From Selaginella moellendorffii (taxonomy: Eukaryota > Plantae > Lycopodiophyta): DNA of 64,000 nt. This document shows, piece after piece, positions 46,016-56,384 of the stretch. The stretch lies in contig NW_003314407.1 in the NCBI RefSeq assembly GCF_000143415.4, forward strand, positions 124,001 through 188,000, written 5' to 3'. The translations under genes were made by a program, and so were the position numbers. Position 1 is the first letter of the stretch; the number at the start of each line of letters is the position of its first letter. The notes under the pieces are model-generated. The model was not told where the DNA came from and ran no database searches. It saw only the letters and a program-made list of their open reading frames with translations.

Positions 46016-46790
46016 TTCATTCCTTAGGCCTGATCGAACTCCATTGTTTTGTTCCTTTACTCGGGGTGTTGCATAAGATCTTTCGATCATTGTTGTCATC
46101 AATCGCCATCATCCATGTAGAACACCTGGGATTGGATTGTTTACATTGGATTTTGAAAAAACCTGTCTCCATTTGATCTTTTTGTTCAAGTACCAACAAA
46201 TATAAAGCTTGTTTTAAAAAATTGAAGTGTAGACTTTCACAAGTTTTAATAAACTTTGGAAAGCTTAATAGATTTCAAATTATATCTTACTAATCTTGTG
46301 ATGATCAACTAAATCTTCTAACTGGAAGGAACTTCAAATTGCAGTTCTGGTTTCCCTTTCTTTTTGTTTCGTTGATTTTGTCTTTGATCAGGTTAATTTG
46401 TTTTTCTTCTTTTGTTCTAAGTTTATAAACTTCCTTACTCTTCCCGTGGATTTGACACTGTACTGTCCATGAAATAGAATCTTTGCCATTGCATTGAATT
46501 AAATAGGATTTTAGCATATTCAAGATGCTGATATAGACCTATAACACTATAGAGCTTGAAATGATTTTGTTTCATATAACAATTTTTTATTTAATAAAAT
46601 GTTGATCTATGAAGTTCTGCTGCAAAAAATGCCCAAGCTTTTCCTACTAAGACTCATGAGATCCCCCAGGTATATCAGACCTTTCTACCAATGTTCTTTT
46701 AGATAATTTGGAATTAAGATCTAAGGTGCTAGTTGCAAGTTGCAAATTCAAAATGAGGAAGAGAACCGCATCTATACGTGGTTACCTTCA

Positions 46791-48701
46791 TTAAGCTGCA
46801 TAGAGGTTTGCCAGTGACACATAGCTCGCAGCACTCTTGGGCGCCATCTCACAGGCAAGCTTAGCAGCACCGGCGCCGTGCCTGACGCTACGATGGAGTC
46901 CACAAGCTCCAGCCAAGCTTCCCCACGACACTCCATCCCCTTGAAAAGGCATGCACCCCGCAAGCTCGGACGCATTCTCGAGTTGCCCCACTTTCCCAAA
47001 CACGTCGATGAAGATGCAGTAGTGCTCGATGCAAGGCTTCAATCCATGGTCGGCCATGGCAGCCAAGTAGGAGCGTGCCTCTCTCAGCAATCCCTTGTGA
47101 GCGCAGGCATTGAGAATTATCAGAAACGATACGTCGTTTGGCAACACGGACTCCAACCCCATGCTGTGAAGCAGCTCAAACGCATCGCTGTAGTGCCCAA
47201 ACTGAGCATATGCTGCAAGCATTGTGTTGTAGGATACAGTGTCTCTCCCTGGCAGCGTCAAGAACATGAGTTTCGCCGCAGGAACATTTCCTGCCTGGGC
47301 ATCTGCGGCGAGAGTTACGTTCCAAGTTGTAGCATCGCGCTCGGGAGACTTGTAGAAGAGATCCTTGGCGTAATCAGCGTATCCGTTTTGGACATAAACC
47401 GTAACCATGGCGTTCCACGAAACAACGTTCTTGACAGGAAGTAAATCAAACAGAACTCTGGCAGCCTCAACGTTTCTCTTTTGTCCATAGCCAGCCACCA
47501 GAGCGTTCCAGGAGACAACATTCTGTTCAGGCATTTTGCTCCACAGCTCTTTCGCTTGCTCCATGCGCCCACACTGGGCATACGCGGCAACCATAGCGTT
47601 TACAGTCACGATGTTCCACTCGCTCATTCTTCGGAAGAGACGCTCAGCCTTTTCAATCAGTCCTTGTTCGGCAAAAGTAACAATCACTATGTTGCAAGAC
47701 ACAACATCTGGCTCTGGAAGCGCATCAAACAATCGCTCGACGAGATCGATGCTACCACTGTGGATGGCCGCTGCCAGGAGTGTGTTCCACGACACCATGT
47801 CGTGGCAAGGCATTCGATCAAACATTTCCTTGGCACCCTCGTACTCCCCGTTCTGCGCGTGCGCCTGGACGATGCTATTCCATGATGCCATGCTCCGCTC
47901 CTTGAGACTGTCAAACATGGCAGCCGCGCGCGCAAGGCATCCAGCGTCGGCATAGAGCGCAACCATCGCATTGCACGCCACCGCGTCCCACTCCGGCATC
48001 CGGGCGAAGAAGATGGTCTCGGCCCCGGCCACATTCCCATTCTGGGCAAATGCTACAAGCAAGGATGTCCACGTCAAGAGATTGGGTTCCGGCATCCTCC
48101 GGAACAAGCGGTTGGCCTCTTCCACACACCCGTCGTTGGCATACGCTTGGATCATCGTGTTCCACGACACACAATCCCTCTCGGGCATTCTCTCGAAATA
48201 TTCTTTTGCTTGATCCAAATGCCCGCAATGGGCAAATGCTTGGATCATTGCGTTCCAGGTGACAAGATCCCGGACGTGGTAGCTACCAAATGCCGCAAGC
48301 GCTTGCTCGATCATGCCCTGCTGCCCGTATGCCGTGATCATCGCGTTGGAGGCGACGAGATCGCGCTTGGAGGGCGGCGTGGAGTCGAAGAGCGACTTCG
48401 CTGTGTCCAGGCATGCATTGTGGAGGCACGCGGTGATGATGAGATTCCAGGAGAAGGAATTGGGGGATTGGATGCGGTGGAATGCGGCGAGCGCGTCGCC
48501 CACGCTGCCGCAGCGGCCATACATGTGGATGAGGAGATTGGCGAGGTATCTGCTGCTGCGGTGGGGGCTGTGGACGATCTCGGCGTGGAGGAAATGGGCC
48601 TGTGACAGATCCCTGCACGATCGAACACGCCGAGCAATCGCGTCTTCTTCTCGAATCCTCCATTGCTCTTCCAAAGCTGACAGTAACCTTGCTGTAGTCA
48701 T
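46791..48701 (-). CDS. PLS-class PPR (SS-motif rich) with E domain, no DYW
   Basis: 636 aa with ~13 tandem 31-aa MPxxxxxSWN motifs; terminal HYCIFIDVFGKVG...SWGSLAGACGLH...YVSLANLY. Confidence 0.9.
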   Translation of the reverse strand: MTTARLLSALEEQWRIREEDAIARRVRSCRDLSQAHFLHAEIVHSPHRSSRYLANLLIHMYGRCGSVGDALAAFHRIQSPNSFSWNLIITACLHNACLDTAKSLFDSTPPSKRDLVASNAMITAYGQQGMIEQALAAFGSYHVRDLVTWNAMIQAFAHCGHLDQAKEYFERMPERDCVSWNTMIQAYANDGCVEEANRLFRRMPEPNLLTWTSLLVAFAQNGNVAGAETIFFARMPEWDAVACNAMVALYADAGCLARAAAMFDSLKERSMASWNSIVQAHAQNGEYEGAKEMFDRMPCHDMVSWNTLLAAAIHSGSIDLVERLFDALPEPDVVSCNIVIVTFAEQGLIEKAERLFRRMSEWNIVTVNAMVAAYAQCGRMEQAKELWSKMPEQNVVSWNALVAGYGQKRNVEAARVLFDLLPVKNVVSWNAMVTVYVQNGYADYAKDLFYKSPERDATTWNVTLAADAQAGNVPAAKLMFLTLPGRDTVSYNTMLAAYAQFGHYSDAFELLHSMGLESVLPNDVSFLIILNACAHKGLLREARSYLAAMADHGLKPCIEHYCIFIDVFGKVGQLENASELAGCMPFQGDGVSWGSLAGACGLHRSVRHGAGAAKLACEMAPKSAASYVSLANLYAA

Positions 48702-48799
48702 ACAAGATACATAACAAAAAACTATCTATCATCTGTGGACAAAAACATTGCCTCTGTTTGGATTGACCATCGAGCGAGCGAGCGAGCGATGGGGAGCTT

Positions 48800-49196
48800 T
48801 CACGCCAAGAATCCAAGCTTCTCTCCGTTCTTCTTCGCGATTCTTATCAAGCCTTGCCGGACCTTGTTGTCTGCGCCCACGGACTTGCAAAACTCGGTAA
48901 TCACCTGGAAACGAAGAATGTGGATTCATCCAAAGCAAGCTATAGACCGACAGTACCTGGGAGTGAAGAGCAATTCCTTTTCCACGCAGCTGGTTGAATT
49001 GCTTCGCTCCCAAAACACTGCGCGCCACCACCACCAGCGGAGCAAAGATTCCCGAGCTTCCTTCCTTGCTGCCAGCCACCACCACCAGCGATGATCGTCT
49101 TTGTCTTTGCCTTGCGGAGGAAGAGCTCAAGTTCTTGGTCTCCAACTCAAGCCCAGCCAAAGGCCTGCTTGAGATCGATCCAGCGATAAACGCCAT
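48800..49196 (-). CDS. PGR5: Proton gradient regulation 5 (cyclic electron flow); exons 49196-48957 and 48904-48800
   Basis: GIFAPLVVVARSVLGAKQFNQLRGKGIALHSQ|VITEFCKSVGADNKVRQGLIRIAKKNGEKLGFLA* after removing a 52-bp GT-AG intron. Confidence 0.93.
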
Positions 49197-49440
49197 TGAA
49201 CTGTTGCGCCAAGATCTGGGAGAAGCTCTCACTCCGAGACGACCATGATCACCATTGCCTGGCAGCAGTCTCCTCCAAGTTCCTCTTTCCTCTTTCCTCT
49301 TTTGCTCTTTCGCCAGAACGTTCTCCCTTTGGCATCCGACTCGCGTCCAACGTGTCGTCACCATAGCCAGGAGATGACCAGATGAGGAATGAATGGGCGG
49401 ATGCCTGTTCCCAGCTTAGCTTAGCCCACCACCTTTCTCA

Positions 49441-50949
49441 TCAGTGTGTAACACCGTGTGTTGTGAGTGTTAAGCACACGCTCTCGCTCAGCCCGTTTGC
49501 CAGCACCAAGTAAGCTCCAACATCTCCGGGACTGACGCTCCACACTTTCTGTGCCGCCGACTTTGCTCCTCCAACGTCGCAATGGATGTAGCATCCCCCC
49601 AGCAAAGCTCCCCAGCTTGCAGCATCTCCGCGCAGAGGCATGCTTTCCGCGAGCTCCACTGCTCTCTCCACTAGTCCCGCACGCCCGAGAATGTCGATCA
49701 TGCTCGAGTAGTGATCCATCACTGGCGTCAAGCCATGGTCGCTGCTCATCGCCACGAAGTAGTGACAGAATTGCTGGAGCAGGCCCTGGTGCGAGCAAGC
49801 CGTCAGGAGGATGACGAAGGTGGCAGCGTCCGGAGCAACACCGTCGACTTGCATCGCTCGGAAGACTAGGATCGCGTCGTTGGCATGGCCCGACTTGGCG
49901 TAAGCAGCCACCATGGAGTTCCAGGCGGCTGTATCGGTTGCCACACCACGATCCTGCTGCTTCATCCGCTCGAAAACCTGTCTAGCAGCTTGGAGATGGC
50001 CGTGATGAGCATACACCGAGATCATGGACGCCCATGCCGTGGCGTTCCTCTCGGGCATGCTCTCGAACACAAGCGCAGCTCCTGCCACGTCTCCATTGTC
50101 CGCGGTCACGGCCAACGCCGCATTCCAGGACGCAGCATCCCAGCTTGGCATTCTCCAGAAAAACTTCTTCGCTTCTCCAGTATCACTATTTGTTTCTAAA
50201 GGCGCCATGGCAGCCACCATCGTGTTCCAGGAGACCACACTTCGCTGAGGCATGCTCTCAAAGCACGCCTTAGCCTCGAGAACTTCTCGGCCGTGAGCAT
50301 GCGCCGAGACCACTGCATTCCATGATACAACGTCGTGCTTGGGCATTCTGTTGAAAGTGCTCTTGGCACCAGCAAAGTCTCCGAGCTGGAAGTTCGCAGC
50401 AACCATCGTGTTCCAGGAGACAACGTTTCTCTCCGGCATCCTCGTGAAGATATCCTTGGCAGGACCAAGGTGACCCTGGTCGACACAGGCCTGGATCATG
50501 GTAGTCCAAGTCACAACGTTGAGCTGCGGCATCCTGTCAAGAACTTGGTGAGCCATGGTGGTGATGCTACCGACGAAGGCGTGAAGAAGAGCCGTCCACG
50601 ATACCACGTCCCTGTGCGGCATCGTGTCGAACAGCGACTTTGCGAGATCCACATGCCCACACTGGGCATACGCGGAGACCATCGTGTTCCACGAGCAGAT
50701 GCTGGGCTTGCATATCCCCTCGAACACAATCTGAGCGTCACGGATGCTCCCGCAGCTGCTATACATTTTCACCAGCAGATTCGCAAGGTACCTGCTACTT
50801 CCAAATCTACTGCTCTTGATCTGTGCGTGAATCCACCTCCCCCTGGCGATGTTCTTCGACTCTCCGCATTGTTTCACAATGCCTGCGTAGAAGTCTTCGC
50901 TCTTTTCTTCTGGATGAGAAGGGCTACTAGACATCCCAGCAGATTTCAT
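49441..50949 (-). CDS. PLS-class PPR (SS-motif rich) with E domain, no DYW
   Basis: 502 aa; terminal HYSSMIDILGRAG...SWGALLGGCYIH...YLVLAN. The true start may be the second Met (50934). Confidence 0.88.
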   Translation of the reverse strand: MKSAGMSSSPSHPEEKSEDFYAGIVKQCGESKNIARGRWIHAQIKSSRFGSSRYLANLLVKMYSSCGSIRDAQIVFEGICKPSICSWNTMVSAYAQCGHVDLAKSLFDTMPHRDVVSWTALLHAFVGSITTMAHQVLDRMPQLNVVTWTTMIQACVDQGHLGPAKDIFTRMPERNVVSWNTMVAANFQLGDFAGAKSTFNRMPKHDVVSWNAVVSAHAHGREVLEAKACFESMPQRSVVSWNTMVAAMAPLETNSDTGEAKKFFWRMPSWDAASWNAALAVTADNGDVAGAALVFESMPERNATAWASMISVYAHHGHLQAARQVFERMKQQDRGVATDTAAWNSMVAAYAKSGHANDAILVFRAMQVDGVAPDAATFVILLTACSHQGLLQQFCHYFVAMSSDHGLTPVMDHYSSMIDILGRAGLVERAVELAESMPLRGDAASWGALLGGCYIHCDVGGAKSAAQKVWSVSPGDVGAYLVLANGLSESVCLTLTTHGVTH

Positions 50950-51862
50950 CGCAAGCCTTCAGCACCATCTCTGTGATCGACGACGATGGCAAAGACGCAT
51001 CAAGGAGTTCATCAGTCCAAATGAACCACGGAGTTCGTAAGCCATCCACCTTGACACCAAATCTTTCCAGGAGCTCTTGGACAGCAGGCCACTTCGTCTC
51101 CACTTCCCTCCTCATTACCGGAGCTCCAGTCACCAAAACTTTCGTGTGTAGCTCTTGCAAATCCTCCTCGCTGAGAAAGAATGCCACATTCTCTCCCACT
51201 CCAGCAGCTTCTAGATCGATCACTCCACATCTCCTCACGCCCTGGTGTTCCACTTGCTGCCACTGGAGAGTAGCATCCTCTTGGCTCACACCACTTTCGA
51301 TTGCGGCCTTGGAAAACACGTCACTGCGCAACGATGCCCCTCGATCGGTCGTGACGAAGGCAGAATAAGAAGCGGCTGCCAAGGGAATGGACTGGAGTGC
51401 CATCCCAGTAGCTTTACTGGCACAAGAATCCTTCCCTTTGAGATCCACCAAGAAATTCCCTGCTCCATTCACACAAGTCCCTTGCAAGAAACTACCGATG
51501 GATCCCAATCGCCTGAGAGTTTCCAGCTGACAATCCTTGAGAAGAGTCCACCGCCCTACATTGTCATGCTGTTCTTGGTGCTGGCATCTGGCATGCATCG
51601 TGTGATGCTTGGCGAGCATCGCGTGTAACAATTCCCTGCCGCTAGCATTGCTACTGCTGGAATCCTGCTGCTGCAAGAGAACTAGCGCCTCCTTCTTGGG
51701 ATCGAAGCAAATGCGGAGGGGAGTGATCTCTCTCACCTCATGCTTGTCGCCAACGCTGTCGATCCCTTTGGTGCGCCATTCGTAGCGAATCCGGCAGGAG
51801 AGAGGATTGATCGTAGGAATCCTGCTGCCACCACCGGCGATCGTGCGCCAGAATCGCTTCAT
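50927..51862 (-). CDS. Hypothetical 311-aa protein, possibly organelle-targeted (basic N-terminus MKRFWRTIA)
   Basis: ATG-initiated intronless ORF fills the entire gap between the subtilase and the PPR; protein-like composition; no recognised domain. Confidence 0.55.
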   Translation of the reverse strand: MKRFWRTIAGGGSRIPTINPLSCRIRYEWRTKGIDSVGDKHEVREITPLRICFDPKKEALVLLQQQDSSSSNASGRELLHAMLAKHHTMHARCQHQEQHDNVGRWTLLKDCQLETLRRLGSIGSFLQGTCVNGAGNFLVDLKGKDSCASKATGMALQSIPLAAASYSAFVTTDRGASLRSDVFSKAAIESGVSQEDATLQWQQVEHQGVRRCGVIDLEAAGVGENVAFFLSEEDLQELHTKVLVTGAPVMRREVETKWPAVQELLERFGVKVDGLRTPWFIWTDELLDASLPSSSITEMVLKACDEICWDV

Positions 51863-51933
51863 TCTCTCTAGAGCTTGCCAAGAACCCTAGCTCGTTCTCT
51901 TTGTATTGAAAGAATGTGTATGTGTGTTGTGTG

Positions 51934-54900
51934 CTATGTTTTGACCGCTAAAGGGCTTCTAACTCGTTGCCTTCCATTGGACCACGTCAACCAGCCAAAC
52001 ACAAAACGCCCATTCGTGTGGTCAACAGAGGTCAACTCTACGTTGAACGCTCGTCTCTCCATGTAGGAGCTGAATCTCAGCTCGTCCGGTACCACTCTCA
52101 CGCGTATCCCTGGCGGCGCCACCACGCTCGCCTTGAACACTGTAGGTGTGGTAACGGCGGTAGAGGCGGAGTAGTCGGAGTTCTTCCTCGCCGGAGAGGC
52201 TCCAACGTAGGTGACACTTCTGGAAACAATGACCGTGGCGGCGGTGGTTTTGTTCTGGGACGCGGCGGTGGCGGCGACGCCTCCGCCCAGCCGGGAGACG
52301 ACGATGGCTGGATAGTTGAGGTTTGAGATGGGGCGGCGAGCGGACTGGGACGATGGACAGATGCTCTTGTCGCCCGTTACCTTTTGGAGGAGTTTGGTGT
52401 CATAGCCGGAGCTACAAAGGTAAGCCATGAACTCGCCGGGGCCAGCGTCGTAGACAAGGCCCGGATTGGCAGCTCTGCGGGGATTTACGTGACCGCTTCC
52501 ATAGTCGAAAGCGTTGGCCACCTTTCCGTGAGGCAGTGTGAGGATTGGCGATCGAGTGTTGTCTTCCGTGAGAGCTAGAACAGGCAAAGTTCACAGATGA
52601 ATCAAGCTCTTCCTGAAAGTTTGGAACTACCTGTTGTCATGATGGCCGACTTGAGAGCTGCTGGGCTCCAGGATGGATGCGCGGCTTTGAGCAGCGCAAC
52701 CACGCCAGCGACGTGAGGACAAGCCATGGAAGTTCCGGAGATGATGTTAAACTTTCCTGGCATTCGCTTGCTTCCGGGAGACCATGCCGCGAGGATGTTT
52801 AATCCGGGAGCAGCAATATCGGGCTGCCACCATCGATCGAAAGTTGGAGTTAGCTCCTCGGAGAACCATTGCGAACCATTACATATACCTTGAGCACGTC
52901 AGGGGTGACCGAGTTGGGACCCCGAGATGAGAAGCTCGCGATCTGTGGAGCGGGTCTGGATCCCAGTACTGTTGCAGTGGGATTGATTCGTGCTACGGGT
53001 GTCCTGTTTCCAAGGAAAAGTTTATAAGAACCTGGAGATCAAAGAAAAGCTTAACTTTGTGGAGTTGATGTATGAGAGGATTGCTGCTCCATCTTTCGGG
53101 CCAAGGAGCGTTGCTGGGAGAGCAAACGGGACTGCAAGGCCGGAGTCGGCTTGATCGATAAGGATCATCCCCTTGCCACCCGCCGAAAGCACAAGGTCGC
53201 TCTTGCCAACCTTTGTGTCGAGGGAGTCTTGAGGATGCATGCAAACGACGATGCTGTTCTTCACCTTAGATGGATCCAGCGAGCCACTGGCGCAATCCCT
53301 GCAAGCCAAGAGATTATATAACTTGAGAAAAAGTTGGTTTTTCCTCAAACCTTGCTTGAGCTTTGGTTGAGTTCTTCCTGTTGGCGCTTGAAGCAAGGAT
53401 GAGTGGAGCAAAGGAGCCTCCCATGCGTGAAGTTGCAAGAGAAGCACCCTGAAAAACAACATCGTCTCAGGCATAAAGATGATACTCGAACAAACGAACC
53501 TTAAACACGGTTTTGTTGCCAAGCACAACCTCGGAAACGAACTCCCGATCCATAGAACTCGCAGCCACCGTGATGATCCAAGGAGCAATGTTGGTAGCAC
53601 TTCCAGTGTTGGTGTCTCCATTGTTTCCAGCTGAACAAGTCACCACAATTCCCTTTTGAAGCGCATGGAACGAGCCGATGGAGATGGCATCCTTGAAGAA
53701 ATCCGTCTGTGGAGGATCCGGCCCCAGCGAGAGCGTCATAACATCAACGCCATCCTTGATCGCATCATCAAATGCGGCCAAGATATCGGCATCGAAGCAG
53801 CCACTCGACCAGCAAACTTTGTAGACGGCGAGCCGAGCTCGAGGAGCTCCACCAACAGCGCTGCCTTTGCCGAGTCCAAAGAAACTTGCGTCGGTAACGT
53901 ATCTTCCAGCGACGGTAGAGGCCGTGTGAGTTCCATGCCCGCTCGCATCTCGCGGAGAGATATAGTCGAGGCCACCATCTTTTGCTGACGCTAATGGACC
54001 TCCCATCTCAGACGCCAGGCCTCGCAAGTAGTATCTCGCTCCCACAAGCTTTCTACGAGCCAAGTAAAGTGATCACAGGTGATCCCACGAAGAACACTTC
54101 GATCTGATCAATCTCTCACCTGTTACAGTGTGAAGCATTGAACAGCTCGCCAGCTTCACACTCGCCTTTCCAGCGTGATGGAACCGGAGGCATCAGACTG
54201 TCGCTAAAGCTCGAAGACTCTGGCCAGATTCCTGCGTCAAATCGAGCGGGTGGCCGAGGTTGTAAGAAGATCGCAAAGCAAGGAAGAAAGCTTTTGAGCT
54301 TACCAGTGTCAAGAACACCGACAATGACATTGGATTGCTGCTTGGAGCTGTGAGGAAGGCTCCTGGCTTCGTGGGTGGGATTGAGGCCTTGCGATTGTTG
54401 CAAGCCCAGAAACTCCCACGAGTGTGTCGTGTGAAGCTGCCGCGGCATGCTGGGAAACACCACCACAACGCCATCCTTTTCTGATCGATCGCAGCGTAAG
54501 ATAACATGAGCTAGAGAAAGATGTTATCGTCACGTACTTGACAGATCGAAGGCCTGTTCTTGAGACAGCCTTGCTGAGAAGCCTCTAAACCCGTGCTTGT
54601 AGCTGTACACCATGGACTCCTTGGCTTGATCATAGCTGAAAAAACAGGAACCGTGTATAGTGTGAGATTGGCAGGAAAGAAGAGAGAAAATTGGTTACCC
54701 GTTTTGAAAAACGGATGACAAGACTTGATGGTTGTGATCGCAAGTCACCTGAGGATCGTCGTGAATTCTATGACCCATGTAGACAATGTACACCTGGAAC
54801 AAGGAGGAGAAGTCACATTGGCAAATCCTCCAACAAAGAAGCCTACCTTGCGTCCATCTCCATCTCCAGAAGAAGAAGAAGAAGAAGAAGAAGAAGAAGA

Positions 54901-55002
54901 AGAAGGAAAAGAAGAAGCTCTCGCGGTGCCGGCATTGCAAGAAGAAAGCACCAGGAGTAGAAGAGAGAGTGCGACAAGCATCCTACTCCAAGAGGCTGCC
55001 AT
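51934..55002 (-). CDS. Subtilisin-like serine protease (S8A, I9 prodomain, PA domain), multi-exon
   Basis: Signal peptide, [33 protein letters not shown]; catalytic triad in [15 protein letters not shown] and [12 protein letters not shown]; C-terminal VRSPLAV. Confidence 0.93.
54869..54905. repeat. (GAA)n microsatellite encoding poly-Ser after the subtilase signal peptide; a (GA)n tract lies at ~55043-55067 upstream of the ATG
   Basis: Read directly. Confidence 0.9.
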
Positions 55003-56384
55003 CGATCACAGACAATGCGATATGGGCGAGCGAGTTTTCTTGGAGAGAGAGAGAGAGAGAGAGAGAGGAAGAGGCTAGACTCTAGAGAGCTCGACCTAGC
55101 TGGCGATCCTGTACTGGCAAGCACCGCACAGAAAATCACACCACAGGAGAAGAGAGGGAAAAGAGAGATTTTTATAGGCACGCCGCACGCCTGTGGCAGT
55201 GGAGGCAGTGCGTCACTCACAGCTCCCTTGCCCTGCGACTATCTGCTTGGCGACACCGACACGAATAGGATGCTCGTGACCAAACGCCGTAGAACAAAGA
55301 CTACTACACTATGGAAGAAAGAAAAGACCCAACGGAGCTTTGATTGAATGATTGAGAAGAAAAACCGCGGAATCTGGATGAATCATGGCTGCGACCAGTG
55401 CTTCTCCTGGCTTGCTTACTCAAGAAAAGGAGGGATTTTAGGCCTAGACCTCTGGAAGTGATCGTTTATGTGGAGGAAGATAGTGAGAGCTTTCCTTTAT
55501 ACTCGGTGTGCGTGCGCTCCCGCCGCTCCTCGCTGCCCCACATTCCACTCCAGCTTGTTTCTTGAAACCAATCAAATCATGCTTTCGACTCAGCGGCAGC
55601 TGCGTTGTTCTTCCACCACCACCACCAGCACTACTGCCACTACTACGAACGATGTCACCACTTTGTTTGTAAGGCTATGGAGCTCAGCCACGGATTGAAG
55701 GAGTGCAAGGCCTCTTTTCCCTCTGATTTGAAATCGATCCAGTGATTCGATGCATTGAATCCAATCAATCAATCTCTCTGGCGACCTTCTTCTCGATGGT
55801 GTTTTGGTGGATTGCTTGTACGTACCCAGCCAAAGATAAAGTCAGTGAGGCATGTGGGTGGGTGTCAAAGCTCCACAAAAATTCCCACAGAAATAGATCC
55901 ACCAAAATGCCACTGGAAAGATTTCCTTTTGTCCTCTTGGTTGGAGGTTGAAACATCAACAAACACGACTAGACTGCATGAGAACATGCGAAGAACATGA
56001 GAACATGAGAACATGGCAATCGTGGACAAATATTTCTTAATACCACAACCAAAGTTGCCGCGAAGAAGTCTCGTCTCCACTCCTCCCATGAGAAGTGCCA
56101 GTGAAACTTCCAAATTTCTCCAAATCTCTACTACAAATCTCCCGCATTGATTGGAATAGCTCCAAACGAAAATTATGCTCCTCTTTCCTGGCCTGGTCAG
56201 TCCAAGTCAGTGGTCAATTGCTGCGAGAGAGAGAGCGACCTTGGAAAAAAGAAAACACTGAGAGAGCTTCTCACCTCTGGTACGCATGGCGATGGCTGTG
56301 CAATCCTCTGACAATACATCAAGTGCGAAAGAACTCGTTACTTACGCTGAATGGAACGCTCTGCCAAGACACGAATCTCCTTGC

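Noticed and set aside
3152-49196. PsaD, PsbP and PGR5 (with MCD1 further on) as a photosynthesis gene cluster
   Set aside because: Spread over tens of kb among unrelated genes; compatible with chance in a gene-dense genome unless synteny or enrichment is shown.
48729-49364. 211-aa ORF taken as the full PGR5
   Set aside because: It reads through the 52-bp intron and an upstream extension; the spliced model 49196-48800 gives the canonical C-terminus.
55190-55720. Partial similarity to miR408 (gaggcagtgc) and miR159/319 (ggattgaagga)
   Set aside because: Only ~10-nt matches and no complementary hairpin arm found.
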